A model generated the notes under the pieces. That model was not told the DNA's origin, ran no database searches, and saw only the letters and a program-made list of their open reading frames with translations. From an uncultured Candidatus Rokubacteria bacterium (GTDB taxonomy: Bacteria > Methylomirabilota > Methylomirabilia > Rokubacteriales > DASRDR01), in the NCBI GenBank assembly GCA_963708025.1, contig CAVPSB010000015.1, positions 160,001-224,000 of the forward strand: DNA of 64,000 bases. Reading direction: 5' to 3'. Shown piece after piece: positions 22,921 to 33,158 of this stretch (positions are counted from its first letter, which is position 1; each line of letters opens with the position of its first letter). The position numbers and the translations under genes are program-made.

Positions 22921-24042
22921 AACATCGAGCGGCCGGCGTTCACCCTCGGCGTCGAGGAGGAGTTCCAGATCGTCAACCCGGAGACCCGGGAGCTCAGGAG
23001 CCGGGCCCAGCAGGTCCTCGACGAGGGGAAGCGGCTGCTCCACGAGCACTTCAAGCCGGAGCTGCACCAGTCGGTCGTGGAGATCGGTACCGGGATCTGC
23101 AAGAACGTCCAGGAGGTGCGCCGGGACGTCACCGAGCTGCGGGCCGAGCTGATCCGCATGGCCCGGCGGAAGGGACTGCGAGTGGCGGCCGCCGGCACCC
23201 ATCCCTTCTCCCATTGGGCCGACCAGCTGATCACGGCCGATCCCCGGTACGACGCCATCGTCGACGAGCTGCAGACGGTGGCCCGGGCCAACCTGGTGTT
23301 CGGGCTCCACGTCCACGTCGGGATCAAGGACCGCGACCTGGCCATCCAGATCATGAACGAGGCCCGGTACTTCCTGCCGCACCTGCTCGCGCTCTCGGCC
23401 AACTCCCCCTTCTGGCTCGGCCGGAACACCGGGCTCAAGAGCTACCGGACGCGGGTCTTCGAGCAGTTCCCCCGCACCAGCATCCCGGAGACCTTCGAGA
23501 CGGCGACCGCCTTCGACGAGTTCGTCCGGGTCCTGGTGAAGACCAACTGCATCGACAATGGAAAGAAGGTGTGGTGGGACGTCCGGCCCCACCCGTTCTA
23601 CGACACCCTCGAGTTCCGCGTGTGCGACATCCCGATGCGGGCCGACGAGACGGTGGCGCTGGCCGCCCTGATCCAGGCGATCTGCGCCAAGCTCTATGAG
23701 CTGCGGGCCCGGAACCTCGGCTTCCGGGTCTACCGGCGCGGGCTGATCCTGGAAAACAAGTGGCGGGCCAGCCGCTGGGGGATCGACGGCAACCTCATCG
23801 ATTTCGGCAAGGAGATCGAGGTGCCGTTCCGCGACCTGGCCGGGGAGCTGCTGGAGTTCGTCGACGACGTCGTTGACGACCTGGGGAGCCGCCAGGAGGT
23901 CGAGTCCATCAACTGGATCCTCCGCCACGGGACGGGGGCCGACCGGCAGCTCGCCCGCTACGCCGAGTCCGGCGATCTCCGGCAGGTCGTTGACTTCGTC
24001 TGCGAGGAGACCGCGCACGGGCTCGACGTTGACCAACCCTGA
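22918..24042 (+). CDS. carboxylate-amine ligase (YbdK/GCS2 family)
   Basis: FTLGVEEEFQ, GTHPFS, GLHVHVG, SANSPFW, WWDVRPHP, TLEFRVCD, ENKWRA. Confidence 0.92.
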   Translation: MNIERPAFTLGVEEEFQIVNPETRELRSRAQQVLDEGKRLLHEHFKPELHQSVVEIGTGICKNVQEVRRDVTELRAELIRMARRKGLRVAAAGTHPFSHWADQLITADPRYDAIVDELQTVARANLVFGLHVHVGIKDRDLAIQIMNEARYFLPHLLALSANSPFWLGRNTGLKSYRTRVFEQFPRTSIPETFETATAFDEFVRVLVKTNCIDNGKKVWWDVRPHPFYDTLEFRVCDIPMRADETVALAALIQAICAKLYELRARNLGFRVYRRGLILENKWRASRWGIDGNLIDFGKEIEVPFRDLAGELLEFVDDVVDDLGSRQEVESINWILRHGTGADRQLARYAESGDLRQVVDFVCEETAHGLDVDQP

Positions 24043-24048
24043 GATCGT

Positions 24049-24114
24049 CGGGACCTCCCTCCCACCCCCCCAGCCCCCCTCCCCCACCCACCGGGGGGAG
24101 GGGGGAGCCGGAGG
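24049..24114 (+). repeat. about 65-bp G/C-run palindromic repeat, copy 1
   Basis: GGGACCTCCC..CCCACCCCCCCAGCCCCCCTCCCCCACCCACCGGGGGGAGGGGGGAGCCGG; near-identical copies at 25165 (inverted) and 59426. Confidence 0.85.
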
Positions 24115-24116
24115 CC

Positions 24117-25142
24117 CTGATCCCTTCACCCTCTGAGATCCTCGGGGGGGTCGATCCCGAGCTGGCGCCTGGGGCACGGAACGCCATCCGGACCTGCCTG
24201 CGGGTGGCGGCACACGAGCGGGTCACGCTCATCACCGACCGGGAGACGGCGGCCATCGCTGCCAGCCTGGCCGCCGAGGTCCGGGCGGTCGGGGCGCCCC
24301 TCGAGACCCACGTGCTGGAAGACTACGGGCCGCGGCCGATGACCGCCATGCCGGAGCCGATCCTGGCCGCCCTGGAGCGGAGCGCGGTCTCCATCTACGC
24401 CGCCCAGCCCAAGCCGGGGGAGCTGGCCAGCCGGATCGAGATGACGGCCGTCGTCAATCGGCGCCGGATCCGCCACGGCCACATGGTCTCGATCTCGCCG
24501 CGGATCATGGTCGAGGGCATGCGGGCCGACTTCGAGCGCGTCGATGCCCTCGGCACGCGCGTCCTGGAGCGGGCCGTGCGGGCTCGGCGCATCACCGCCC
24601 GGTCCCGGGCCGGCTCCGACCTGGAGGCGACCTTCGATCCGGCCATCCGCTGGATCAAGACGAGCGGCATCATCTCCCCCGAGAAGTGGGGCAACCTGCC
24701 GGGGGGCGAGGTCTTCACCGCGCCGGCCCGGGTGGACGGCGTCTACGTCGTGGACGGGGTCCTCGGCGACTACCTGTGCGCCCGGTACGGCGACCTGGAG
24801 GCGATCCCGCTGACGGTGGTCATCGAGGACAGCCGGGTGGCCGACGTCCGCTGCGCCCGCCCCGACGTCGCCGCGGATTTCCGGGCCTACACGCGGGCCC
24901 ACGAGCACTCCGACCGGGTCGGCGAGTTCGCGTTCGGGACGAACCTCGCCGTGCGCTCGATCATCGGGAACATCCTCCAGGACGAGAAGCTGCCCGGGCT
25001 CCACCTCGCCTTCGGCCACCCGTACACCGAGCACACGGGGGCGTCCTGGTCGTGCCCCACCCACCTCGACATCGTCGGCCGGCACTTCGACATCTGGATC
25101 GACGGGGAGCCGGTGATGGCCGACAGCCAGTACCTCATCTGA
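24117..25142 (+). CDS. M29-type (thermophilic metalloprotease/aminopeptidase T-like) aminopeptidase; start uncertain
   Basis: Frame open upstream of GTG 24204 (DPELAPGARNAIRTCL); NLPGGEVF, GEFAFGTN, QDEK, HLAFG, HLD. Confidence 0.85.
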   Translation: MIPSPSEILGGVDPELAPGARNAIRTCLRVAAHERVTLITDRETAAIAASLAAEVRAVGAPLETHVLEDYGPRPMTAMPEPILAALERSAVSIYAAQPKPGELASRIEMTAVVNRRRIRHGHMVSISPRIMVEGMRADFERVDALGTRVLERAVRARRITARSRAGSDLEATFDPAIRWIKTSGIISPEKWGNLPGGEVFTAPARVDGVYVVDGVLGDYLCARYGDLEAIPLTVVIEDSRVADVRCARPDVAADFRAYTRAHEHSDRVGEFAFGTNLAVRSIIGNILQDEKLPGLHLAFGHPYTEHTGASWSCPTHLDIVGRHFDIWIDGEPVMADSQYLI

Positions 25143-25164
25143 GGGAGTGTGAGGCATCGGCCTC

Positions 25165-25228
25165 TCCGGCTCCCCCCTCCCCCCGGTGGGTGGGGGAGGG
25201 GGGTTGGGGGGGTGGGCGGGAGGTCCCG
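25165..25228 (-). repeat. about 65-bp G/C-run palindromic repeat, copy 2 (inverted)
   Basis: Reverse complement matches 24049-24114. Confidence 0.85.
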
Positions 25229-25231
25229 AAG

Positions 25232-26428
25232 ATGATTTCCGAGTGGCGGCGGGCGTACAACGCCGCTTACTCCGACGAGAAGTACCAGGCGTACCGCCGG
25301 CGCCTGGAGGCGAAGGCGGGCTGCCCGATCGACTTCCGCCTTGCCGAGACCCCGGTGTTCCTGCCGGCCGAGCTCCGCGAGGCGATGGTCTCAGCCGCCG
25401 CCGCCATCGTCGAGCAACTCGCCAGCCCGGGCCACCAGCGCGCCTCGCTGGCCGCGGTCCCCGCCGAGTTCGACGTCCCCGGCTGCGACGACCACCCGCG
25501 CTTCGTCCAGGTCGACTTCGCGGTGACGCGCGAGGGTGACCGGCCCGACGGCCGCCTCGTGCCGCGGCTCATCGAGCTGCAGGGCTTCCCGTCCCTCTAC
25601 GGCTTCCAGGTTTTGCAGGCCCTCGAGCTGAAGAAGCTGGTCCCGGACGGGGAGGGGCTCCGCTTCCTTTTCTCCGGCCTCGACCTCGACGGGTACCGCC
25701 GGGTGCTGGGAGAGGCGATCCTGGATGGCTGCCCGCCCGAGCACGTCGTCCTGCTGGACCTGGACCCCCCGTCCCAGAAGACGTACCCCGACTTCGCGAT
25801 GACCGAGAGGCTCTGGGGCGTCCGGGCGGTGTGCCCAACCAGCCTCGAGAAGCGGGGGCGGGAGCTCTGGTACCGCCGGGACGGCACGCCGACCCGGATC
25901 CTCCGGATCTACAATCGGGTGATCGTGGACGAGCTGGTGGCCAAGCGGGTCGCGCTGCCGTTCCGTTACACCGAGCCCCTCGACGTCGAGTGGGCTGGCC
26001 ACCCCAACTGGTACTTCCGCTGGAGCAAGCACTCGCTGCCGTGGCTCGACCACCCGGCGGTGCCCGAAGCTCGATTCCTCTCGGATTTCGACCGCCCGCC
26101 GGACGACCTCGCGCGCTGGGTCCTGAAGCCGCTCTTCTCCTTCGCCGGGCTGGGCGTGAAGGTGGACGTGACCCGGGCGGATCTCGACGCGGTCCCTCCC
26201 GAGCGGCGAGGGCAGACGCTCCTCATGCGGAAGGTCGAGTACGCGCCGGTCGTCGAGACCACCGACGGCCACGCCTCGAAGTGCGAGGTGCGGGTCATGG
26301 TCGTCTGGGCGGCCGGGGGGCCGCGCCCCGTCACCACCCTCGTCCGCCTCTCCCAGGGCCAGATGATGGGCGTCGACTTCAACAAGGACCGGACCTGGGT
26401 CGGCTCCTCGGCCGCCCTCTGGCCCTGA
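25232..26428 (+). CDS. circularly permuted ATP-grasp-like amidoligase
   Basis: FRLAETPVF, QVDFAV, LIELQGFPSL, IYNRVIVDE, WVLKPLFSFAG, KCEVR. Confidence 0.7.
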   Translation: MISEWRRAYNAAYSDEKYQAYRRRLEAKAGCPIDFRLAETPVFLPAELREAMVSAAAAIVEQLASPGHQRASLAAVPAEFDVPGCDDHPRFVQVDFAVTREGDRPDGRLVPRLIELQGFPSLYGFQVLQALELKKLVPDGEGLRFLFSGLDLDGYRRVLGEAILDGCPPEHVVLLDLDPPSQKTYPDFAMTERLWGVRAVCPTSLEKRGRELWYRRDGTPTRILRIYNRVIVDELVAKRVALPFRYTEPLDVEWAGHPNWYFRWSKHSLPWLDHPAVPEARFLSDFDRPPDDLARWVLKPLFSFAGLGVKVDVTRADLDAVPPERRGQTLLMRKVEYAPVVETTDGHASKCEVRVMVVWAAGGPRPVTTLVRLSQGQMMGVDFNKDRTWVGSSAALWP

Positions 26429-26489
26429 TTGTGCCCGGAACCCCGCCAGGCAATCCTTCGCCAGGGCAGCGGGGAATTCGCGGGGGTCA

Positions 26490-26540
26490 GCCCCCCTCCC
26501 CCAGTGGGTGGGGAGGGGGTCGGGGGTGGGGGAGGTTCCT
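26490..26540. repeat. diverged copy of the G/C-run palindromic repeat between convergent genes
   Basis: CCCCCCTCCCCCAGTGGGTGGGGAGGGGGTCGGGGGTGGGGGAGGTTCC. Confidence 0.6.
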
Positions 26541-27249
26541 AAAGATAGTGGCGGATCTGCTCCTTCCACCACGGCCAGTCGTGGCCGTAGGGCGCCGCCC
26601 AGATGTGACCGCGGTGGGGGATGCCCTTGGCCTGCAGCACGGCGATGAGCTGCCGCGAGCCCTCCACGATGTTGTCCAGCTCGCCCGTCACGATCGCGAT
26701 GTCGAGCGCCGACAGCCGGTGGACCCAGTCCGCGCCCATGTTGGCGACGTAGGCGGTGGGGCAGTGGTAGTAGGCCACGTCGTCCCAATAGCCGTCCAGG
26801 AACGCGTGGATGTCGTACTTCCCCGACAGGCCCACCACCTTGTTGACGAGGTCGGGGTGGCGGAAGCCGAAGTTGACCGCGTGGTAGGCGCCGAAGCTGC
26901 ATCCCAGCGTCGCGAGCCGGCCGTCGGTCCGGGCGCGGGCCCGGACCAGGGGCACGACCTCCTCGGACAGGCAGCGGTCGTACTGCTGGTGGCGGGCCAG
27001 CCGCTCGGCCGGGTGCCGGTCGGTCGCGTAGAAGCTCTCTTCGTCCACCCCGTCCACGCACGCGACCTGGATGGCACCGCCCTCGATCAGGTCGGCGACC
27101 GCGCCCACCAGGCCGAAATCCTCCGCCTGGTAGAATCGCCCCTTCGAGGTCGGGAACCAGACCATCGGGCGGCCGCCGTGGCCGAAGTAGAGCATCTCCA
27201 TCCCGCGACCCAGGCTCGGCGAATCCCACGTGACGTAATCCCGCTTCAT
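26539..27249 (-). CDS. esterase family alpha/beta hydrolase
   Basis: FGHGGRP, GCSFGAYH nucleophile elbow, LSGKYD, HDWPWW. Confidence 0.9.
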   Translation of the reverse strand: MKRDYVTWDSPSLGRGMEMLYFGHGGRPMVWFPTSKGRFYQAEDFGLVGAVADLIEGGAIQVACVDGVDEESFYATDRHPAERLARHQQYDRCLSEEVVPLVRARARTDGRLATLGCSFGAYHAVNFGFRHPDLVNKVVGLSGKYDIHAFLDGYWDDVAYYHCPTAYVANMGADWVHRLSALDIAIVTGELDNIVEGSRQLIAVLQAKGIPHRGHIWAAPYGHDWPWWKEQIRHYL

Positions 27250-27262
27250 GGCCGGGGGCTCA

Positions 27263-27475
27263 TCAGCGCTCGGAGTAGTCGTTGCCGATGACGAAGTCCC
27301 ACTCCCGGGCGCCGGGCGTGCCGAAGCTGCGGCGGAAGAGCGGCTCGGCCGGGGCCCGCGTCACGCCGCTCTCGCCGGAGTCGCCGGCGGGCGGGCCCGT
27401 GGCGCACCCGGCGGCGAGCCCGACCCACAGGCCGCCTGCCATCACCCAGACCACCACCCGCCGGCGCCTGCTCAT
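27263..27475 (-). CDS. small putative lipoprotein
   Basis: MSRRRR + hydrophobic stretch + LAAGC lipobox; GGAGG upstream. Confidence 0.55.
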   Translation of the reverse strand: MSRRRRVVVWVMAGGLWVGLAAGCATGPPAGDSGESGVTRAPAEPLFRRSFGTPGAREWDFVIGNDYSER

Positions 27476-27552
27476 GCCCCGACCTCCCTCGTGTTCCCGA
27501 TTGGTCATGTCGCTCCCCGCGTGATTGTAGCGCCAGACGCGGGCTTGATCCG

Positions 27553-28860
27553 ATGAAACACCGGTCACGGGTGGACCGGGTCGAGAACACGCAGGTCGGG
27601 GCGGTGCGGATGTCCGGGGACCACGCAGGCGGCGGGCTCTCGTCGGACGGCAGGCTCCTCTTCGCGGCGTACGCCGTGCGCATGTTCGCCTACGGCTTCC
27701 TGTCGGTCATCCTGGGGCCCTACCTGGCCTCGCTGGGACTGTCGCCGACCACCATCGGCTGGATCTTCACGGCCTCGCTCGCGGGCGGCGCCCTGATGAC
27801 GGTGGCGCTGGCCGGGGTCGCGGACCGGGTGGGCCGCCGCCGGGTCCAGCTCGCGGGGGCGGTCCTGATGCTCCTCGGGGGCGTCCTCTTCGTCCTGACG
27901 GACCGCCTGGTCCTGCTCGTGATCGCCGCCACGGTGGGCGCCATCAGCCCCTCCGGCAAGGACGTGGGGCCGTTCCTGGCGGTCGAGCAGGCCATGCTCC
28001 CGGCGACCACGGCGGCCGCGCAACGGACCCGGGTCTTCGCCACCTACAACCTCGTCGGCGCGCTGGCCGGCGCGCTCGGCGCGCTGGCCGCCGGGCTCCC
28101 GGCTCTCATTGGCCTGGCGCCTCTCGCCGGGTATCGCGCGCTCGTCTGGGGATACGCGGTCGCCGCCCTGCTGCTGATCGTCCTCTATGGCCGGCTGAGC
28201 CCCCGGGTGGAGGCCGCCCCCGACCCCGGCGCCGGCCGCCGGCGGTGGCTCGGGGCGTCCCGCTCCCGCGGCCTCGTGCTGCGACTCGCCGCGCTCTTCG
28301 CGCTCGACTCGTTCGCCGGGGGCTTCGTGGTCCAGGGGCTGGTGGCGTACTGGTTCTATCTCCGCTGGAGCCTCGACACGACGGCGCTGGCCGGCATCTT
28401 CTTCGGGACCAACGTGCTGGCCGCGCTCTCCTTCCTGCTGGCCGCTCCCATCGCCCGGCGGATCGGGCTCCTGAACACGATGGTGTTCACGCATCTCCCG
28501 TCCAACGTGCTGCTCCTGCTCGTGCCCCTGATGCCGAGCGCCGCTCTCGCGGTCGCGGTGCTGCTCGCCCGCCATCTGCTCTCCCAACTCGACGTCCCGA
28601 CCCGCCAGTCCTACACGATGGCCGTGGTGGACCCGGCCGAGCGCGCGGCTGCCGCCGGCCTGCTGGCCGTGGCCCGGAACGGCGCCGCCGCCGTCGCTCC
28701 GGCCTTCGCGGGCGCCGCCCTCGCCGTGCCGGCGCTCGGCCTGCCGTTCCTGGTGGCGGGCGGCCTGAAGATCACCTACGACCTGGCGCTGTGGGCGCTC
28801 TTCCGCGCCGTCCGGCCCCCGGAGGAGACCGCGCCCGCGCCATCCTCGACCTCTCGCTGA
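27553..28860 (+). CDS. MFS transporter (start may be ATG 27610)
   Basis: About 12 TMs; ADRVGRRR motif A; DVPTRQSY. Confidence 0.9.
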   Translation: MKHRSRVDRVENTQVGAVRMSGDHAGGGLSSDGRLLFAAYAVRMFAYGFLSVILGPYLASLGLSPTTIGWIFTASLAGGALMTVALAGVADRVGRRRVQLAGAVLMLLGGVLFVLTDRLVLLVIAATVGAISPSGKDVGPFLAVEQAMLPATTAAAQRTRVFATYNLVGALAGALGALAAGLPALIGLAPLAGYRALVWGYAVAALLLIVLYGRLSPRVEAAPDPGAGRRRWLGASRSRGLVLRLAALFALDSFAGGFVVQGLVAYWFYLRWSLDTTALAGIFFGTNVLAALSFLLAAPIARRIGLLNTMVFTHLPSNVLLLLVPLMPSAALAVAVLLARHLLSQLDVPTRQSYTMAVVDPAERAAAAGLLAVARNGAAAVAPAFAGAALAVPALGLPFLVAGGLKITYDLALWALFRAVRPPEETAPAPSSTSR

Positions 28861-28879
28861 GCCGTCGGGACCAGAAAGT

Positions 28880-28915
28880 ACGAGAGCCTCCGGCGAACTC
28901 GCCGGAGGCTCTCGT
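28880..28915. terminator. perfect 17-bp stem hairpin between convergent genes (terminator- or REP-like)
   Basis: ACGAGAGCCTCCGGCGA-AC-TCGCCGGAGGCTCTCGT; no U-tract. Confidence 0.55.
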
Positions 28916-28961
28916 CGTGCGACGGATCGCCGTAGATCAGACCCCGCTCAGGCGATTCCCG

Positions 28962-29050
28962 TAGGGCAGGGCCGAGGAGCGAGCAGCGCCCACAGGCCGA
29001 AGGCCGTCCGAACGACGACGCGATGCGACGCTCATCGGCCCTGTCCCCTA
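28962..29050. repeat. modular structured repeat (MITE-like), copy A
   Basis: TAGGGCAGGGCCGAGGAGCG...CGCTCATCGGCCCTGTCCCCTA terminal inverted arms with inner AGGCCGAAGGCCGTCC. Confidence 0.85.
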
Positions 29051-30304
29051 GAAGCTCCACTGGATGCCGACCAGCGGCGTGACATCGTCGCGGAGACCGG
29101 TGTTGTTCAGGGCGACCAGCAGGTTGAACAGGATGAGGACATTCTGCCAGGGGTTGATCTTCACGCCGAACGCCGCGTTGATGATGTTGTCGTCGGAGAT
29201 CTCGTTCGAGCCGAGCGGCCGGCCGGCCTTCGGCCGATTGTTGTCGATCACGTACCGCCCGAGCAGATCGAACGCGAACGTCACGCGCGGGATGATCGCC
29301 CAGTCGAACCCCAGCGTGTAGAACAGCTCGTTGTCGATCTCGGACGTGTCCCCGAGGTCGAAGCCGACGTTGATGTGGGGCGAGATGCCCAGCACCTTGG
29401 CCGAGGCGATGAAGAAGGGCCGCACCCGCACCTCGCCCAGCCCCAGCAGGTTGTCCTCGTCCCCGGTCGGGAGCCGGAGGTCCAGCGCAGCCGCCATCGA
29501 GATGTCCTTCTGGCGATAGAAGTTGTACTTGCCGCGCAGCAGGATGTCGCCGATCCCGGTGGCGTCGTCCTTGGCCTGGACCGCCAGGGTGTCGGTCCCG
29601 TTCAGGAAGCGGTGGATGTCCGTGTTTCCGTCGGTGCCGGTCCGGATGATGGTGGCCACCCCTTTCACGTCCATGGAGAGATGGACGATCGGGATGGCGA
29701 TGGCGACGTCCAGGTTGTCCAGGATCCCGTAGTTCGCGGTGAAGACGAAGAGGTCCTGCTCGATCTGGGTCCGGAGGCTGGCGCTGATGGTGTCGGCCTC
29801 GAAGAAGAACGGCGGCCGGCCTCGGATGGCCCCGGTCGGCTCGTGGGTGAAGTTGACGGTCAGGCTGCCGTCGTGGAGGTCCTGGCCGTCGAGCTTGTCG
29901 AAGGTGAAGTGGGAGTAGGTGAAGCCGAGCGAGAACTTGCGGCGGCCGATGGTGTCGCCCCGCTCGGCGAAGATCGGCCCGAAGCTGTCGGTCGTGCGCG
30001 CGAACACGCCGGTGACCGGGTCGTACTGGAAGGTGAGGCCGCTGGACGGCGACGGGACGGGGAAGGTCTCGAGCTGGCCCTTCAGCGCGTCGTTGAGCGT
30101 GGTCAGCTCGCCCTTGGTGGCCACCCGGAAGTGCGCCTCGTGGCTGGGGGCGCCACCGCCCGGCGGCGCCAGGATGATCCCGTCGGCTCCGAACAGGTTC
30201 GGGATGAGATCGGCCAAGCCCGCCGTGGCCGGGCGACCGGACAGAGCGAGACTGGTGAGTGCGAACGCCGCGATCCAGCGCACGGTGATACTACCCTTCC
30301 TCAT
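29048..30304 (-). CDS. putative outer-membrane beta-barrel protein (transporter/MetA-pathway-like)
   Basis: Signal peptide, GIGDILLRGKY, LRLPTGD, amphipathic strands, C-terminal ...GIQWSF. Confidence 0.75.
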   Translation of the reverse strand: MRKGSITVRWIAAFALTSLALSGRPATAGLADLIPNLFGADGIILAPPGGGAPSHEAHFRVATKGELTTLNDALKGQLETFPVPSPSSGLTFQYDPVTGVFARTTDSFGPIFAERGDTIGRRKFSLGFTYSHFTFDKLDGQDLHDGSLTVNFTHEPTGAIRGRPPFFFEADTISASLRTQIEQDLFVFTANYGILDNLDVAIAIPIVHLSMDVKGVATIIRTGTDGNTDIHRFLNGTDTLAVQAKDDATGIGDILLRGKYNFYRQKDISMAAALDLRLPTGDEDNLLGLGEVRVRPFFIASAKVLGISPHINVGFDLGDTSEIDNELFYTLGFDWAIIPRVTFAFDLLGRYVIDNNRPKAGRPLGSNEISDDNIINAAFGVKINPWQNVLILFNLLVALNNTGLRDDVTPLVGIQWSF

Positions 30305-30438
30305 GCGTGCCCTCCCCGAACTCTGACGATGAGGTTCGGCCCAAGCTCTCGGACGGGATCGATGCGGCGAAAAGTCTACCACGAGCGCGACGCGGCACAC
30401 GAGAATCCGAGCGCGCCGGCTGCGTTCCCTTCGGGAGG

Positions 30439-30937
30439 CTAGTCCCGGAACTCCTGGTCGAGAATCTCCCGGATGAACCGATCGAGCGAGACCGGATAGA
30501 ACCGGGCGTCGGGCGCGTGGATGACGCCGGTGTTCGATCACCTCGCGCCGGGCCAGGTCGTCCAGCACCCGCTCGAGGTGCTCGGGCGCGGCCCGCTCGT
30601 GGCGTCGGATCGAGAGGTCCTCGCTCTCCAGCATCAGACGGGGCGCGTAGCGGAAGCTGAAGACCCGGGCGATGACGGCGCGATCCATCAGCTCGCGCTC
30701 GGCGAAGACCTCGCCGTAGGTCGGGCCTCCGCTCCCCAGGCCCAGCACGAGGCGGGGGGAGACGCGGATCCTGCCGCACACCTCGACCGAGCGGCCGGTG
30801 TGCTCGCGCTCGGGGGCGACGAGGACATAGGGCAGAACGTGATAGCCCGTGACGATGCCGGTCAGGGGCTTTCTCACGATCTCGGTTTGCTCGAAGACGT
30901 GGCGCAGCCGCTCGGAGTCCTGCCAGTCGTCGCCCAT
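30439..30937 (-). CDS. hypothetical protein (frameshift near 30535)
   Basis: MGDDWQDSERLRHVFEQTEIVRKP... continues as GVIHAPDARFYPVSLDRFIREILDQEFRD*; TACACT 7 nt before ATG. Confidence 0.7.
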
Positions 30938-31142
30938 CGGCCCCAGTGTAGATCGAATCCGCCCGTCGCGCCCACCGCCCTCCCTCCCCGGGGAGGCCGC
31001 CGGACGGCCGCGCCCGTCCGGGTCGCAAAGGGGAATTGTGGACATCGGGGTGAATGTGCTACACATGGGCAACTCGTTGGGGTCCCGGTCGGCACCCGGC
31101 TCCTCCATCTCGCGAGGAGCAACCAAGGGAGGGTGTGTCGTC

Positions 31143-33053
31143 GTGAGTGCGTGGCGGGTGGGCGGCGTGTCCGGCAGTTGTGGCCTCGTTCTCATGCTCC
31201 TGGCGGGATCGTTGTGGGCCCAGTCTCCCGGCGTGGGTGAGCCAGTCGAGTCGGGGGTCCGCTCGGAGCGCGTCCGTGATCTCCTGGCGCAGCGGATCCA
31301 GCGGCGCCCTGCCGAGGAGGAGCCGAAGCCGGAGCCGGCGGCGCCCGGGGCGCCCGGGGCTCCCGCCGCGCCGGGGGCGCCGGCCGAGGGTGGCCCACCC
31401 CTGCGCACCCCGGCCGATCCGCCCCTGGGAGTGGCCGGGCAGTCCGGGATCCCCCTGGTGAGCCAGACCACCTCGGACTTCCTGCCGCTTCCCGATCGCT
31501 GGCGGACGGGCTTCCCCCGCTGGGACCGCTACGGTCGCTCCTTCGATCTGCCCTACGCCGAGGGCAAGTGGTGGGACCCCTACACCCAGAGCGTGATCAA
31601 GGGGGACTACCCGATCTGGGGCCAGTACACCTTCTTCTCGCTCACCGCGATCAGCGACACGCTGATCGAGGCCCGCAAGCTCCCGACCCCGGCCGGCATC
31701 TCGCCCGCCCGGGCGAACCAGAACCCGTTCTTCGGCGAGGGCGAGCAGCTCTTCTGGAACCAGAACTTCATCCTGACCTTCGAGCTGTTCCACGGCCTGA
31801 CCGCCTTCCGGCCGCGCGACTGGGAGATCCGATTCACCCCCGTGATCCAGTTCAACTACCTGGACACGCGGGAGACGGGCGCGGTCAACGTCGACCCCGG
31901 CAAGAGCACCAGCCGGTTCGACACCGACGTGATCGGGATCCAGGAGGCGCTGGTCGAGTACCACATCGCCGACCTGTCGCCCTACTACGACTTCGTCTCG
32001 GTCCGGGCCGGCATCCAGCCGTTCCTCAGCGACTTCCGCGGCTTCCTCTTCGCCGACAACGAGCTGGGCGTCCGGTTCCTCGGCAACTACTTCGCGAACC
32101 GCCTCCAGTACAACGTGGCCTACTTCCACATGCTGGAGAAGGACACCAACAGCGGGTTGAACCGGCTGACCGCCCGGGACCAGAACGTCGTCATCGCCAA
32201 CCTCTACCGCCAGGACTTCATCTGGCCCGGCTACACCGCCCAGCTCAGCTTCCACTACAACAACGACAGAAGAGCACCCAGTTCGACGACAACGGCTTCA
32301 TCGTCCGACCGGCGGCCATCGGCACGATCCAGGAGCACGAGCTCGACGCCTACTACCTCGGCTGGACCGGCGACGGCCACATCGGGTGGCTGAACATCAC
32401 CCACCCGTTCTACCAGGTGCTCGGCCGCGACAGCCTCAACCAGATCGCCGGCCGCTCGGTCGACATCAACGCCCAGATGTTCGCCCTCGAGCTCTCGGCG
32501 GACCTCGACTGGCTGCGCCCGAAGGTCTCGTTCCTGTGGGCCTCGGGCGACCCCGATCCCCAGGACGGCACCGCCCGCGGCTTCGACACGATCTTCGACA
32601 ACCCGAACTTCGCCGGCGGGCCGTTCAGCTTCTGTCCGCCAGGGGATCGCGCTGACCGGCGCCCGGTGAACCTGGTCAATCGGAACAGCCTGGTGCCCGA
32701 CCTCCGCTCCAGCAAGGAGCAGGGGCAGGCGAACTTCGTCAACCCCGGCCTGTTCCTCTTCAACGTGGGCGTCGACGCCGCGGTCACCCCGAAGCTCAAG
32801 GCCCTGTTCAACGTCAACTACCTCCGCTTCCAGGATACCGAGCTCGCTCCGGGTGCTCCTCTTCCAGAACAAGATCCGCGACGACATCGGCTGGGACCTC
32901 AGCCTCGGGATCCAGTACCGGCCGTTCCTGAACGACAACATGATCGTCACGGCCGGCTTCGCGGGATTCATCCCCGGCGACGGGTTCAAGGACATCTACC
33001 AGAAGGACGACCTGCTCTACTCGGCGTTCGCCACCTTTACCGTCACGTACTGA
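31143..33053 (+). CDS. outer-membrane beta-barrel protein (frameshifts near 32270, 32635 and 32845)
   Basis: Signal peptide ..LLAGSLWA, Pro-rich linker, amphipathic strands (QEALVEYH, RAGIQPF, LGWTGDG, NVNYLRF), C-terminal FTVTY. Confidence 0.8.
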
Positions 33054-33158
33054 GAGACCGTGAGGGGACCGACCCCGACCGCGGGCGAGGGATGACCCAA
33101 GGGGGGGACCCGGGGGAGGAGCGCGCAGCGCCCCCCCGGCCCGACTGAGAGGAGCGCC

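Noticed and set aside
29048-31471. 807-aa single ORF in the track
   Set aside because: Artefact: a frameshift joins the hypothetical gene to the beta-barrel gene, which has its own signal peptide at 30304
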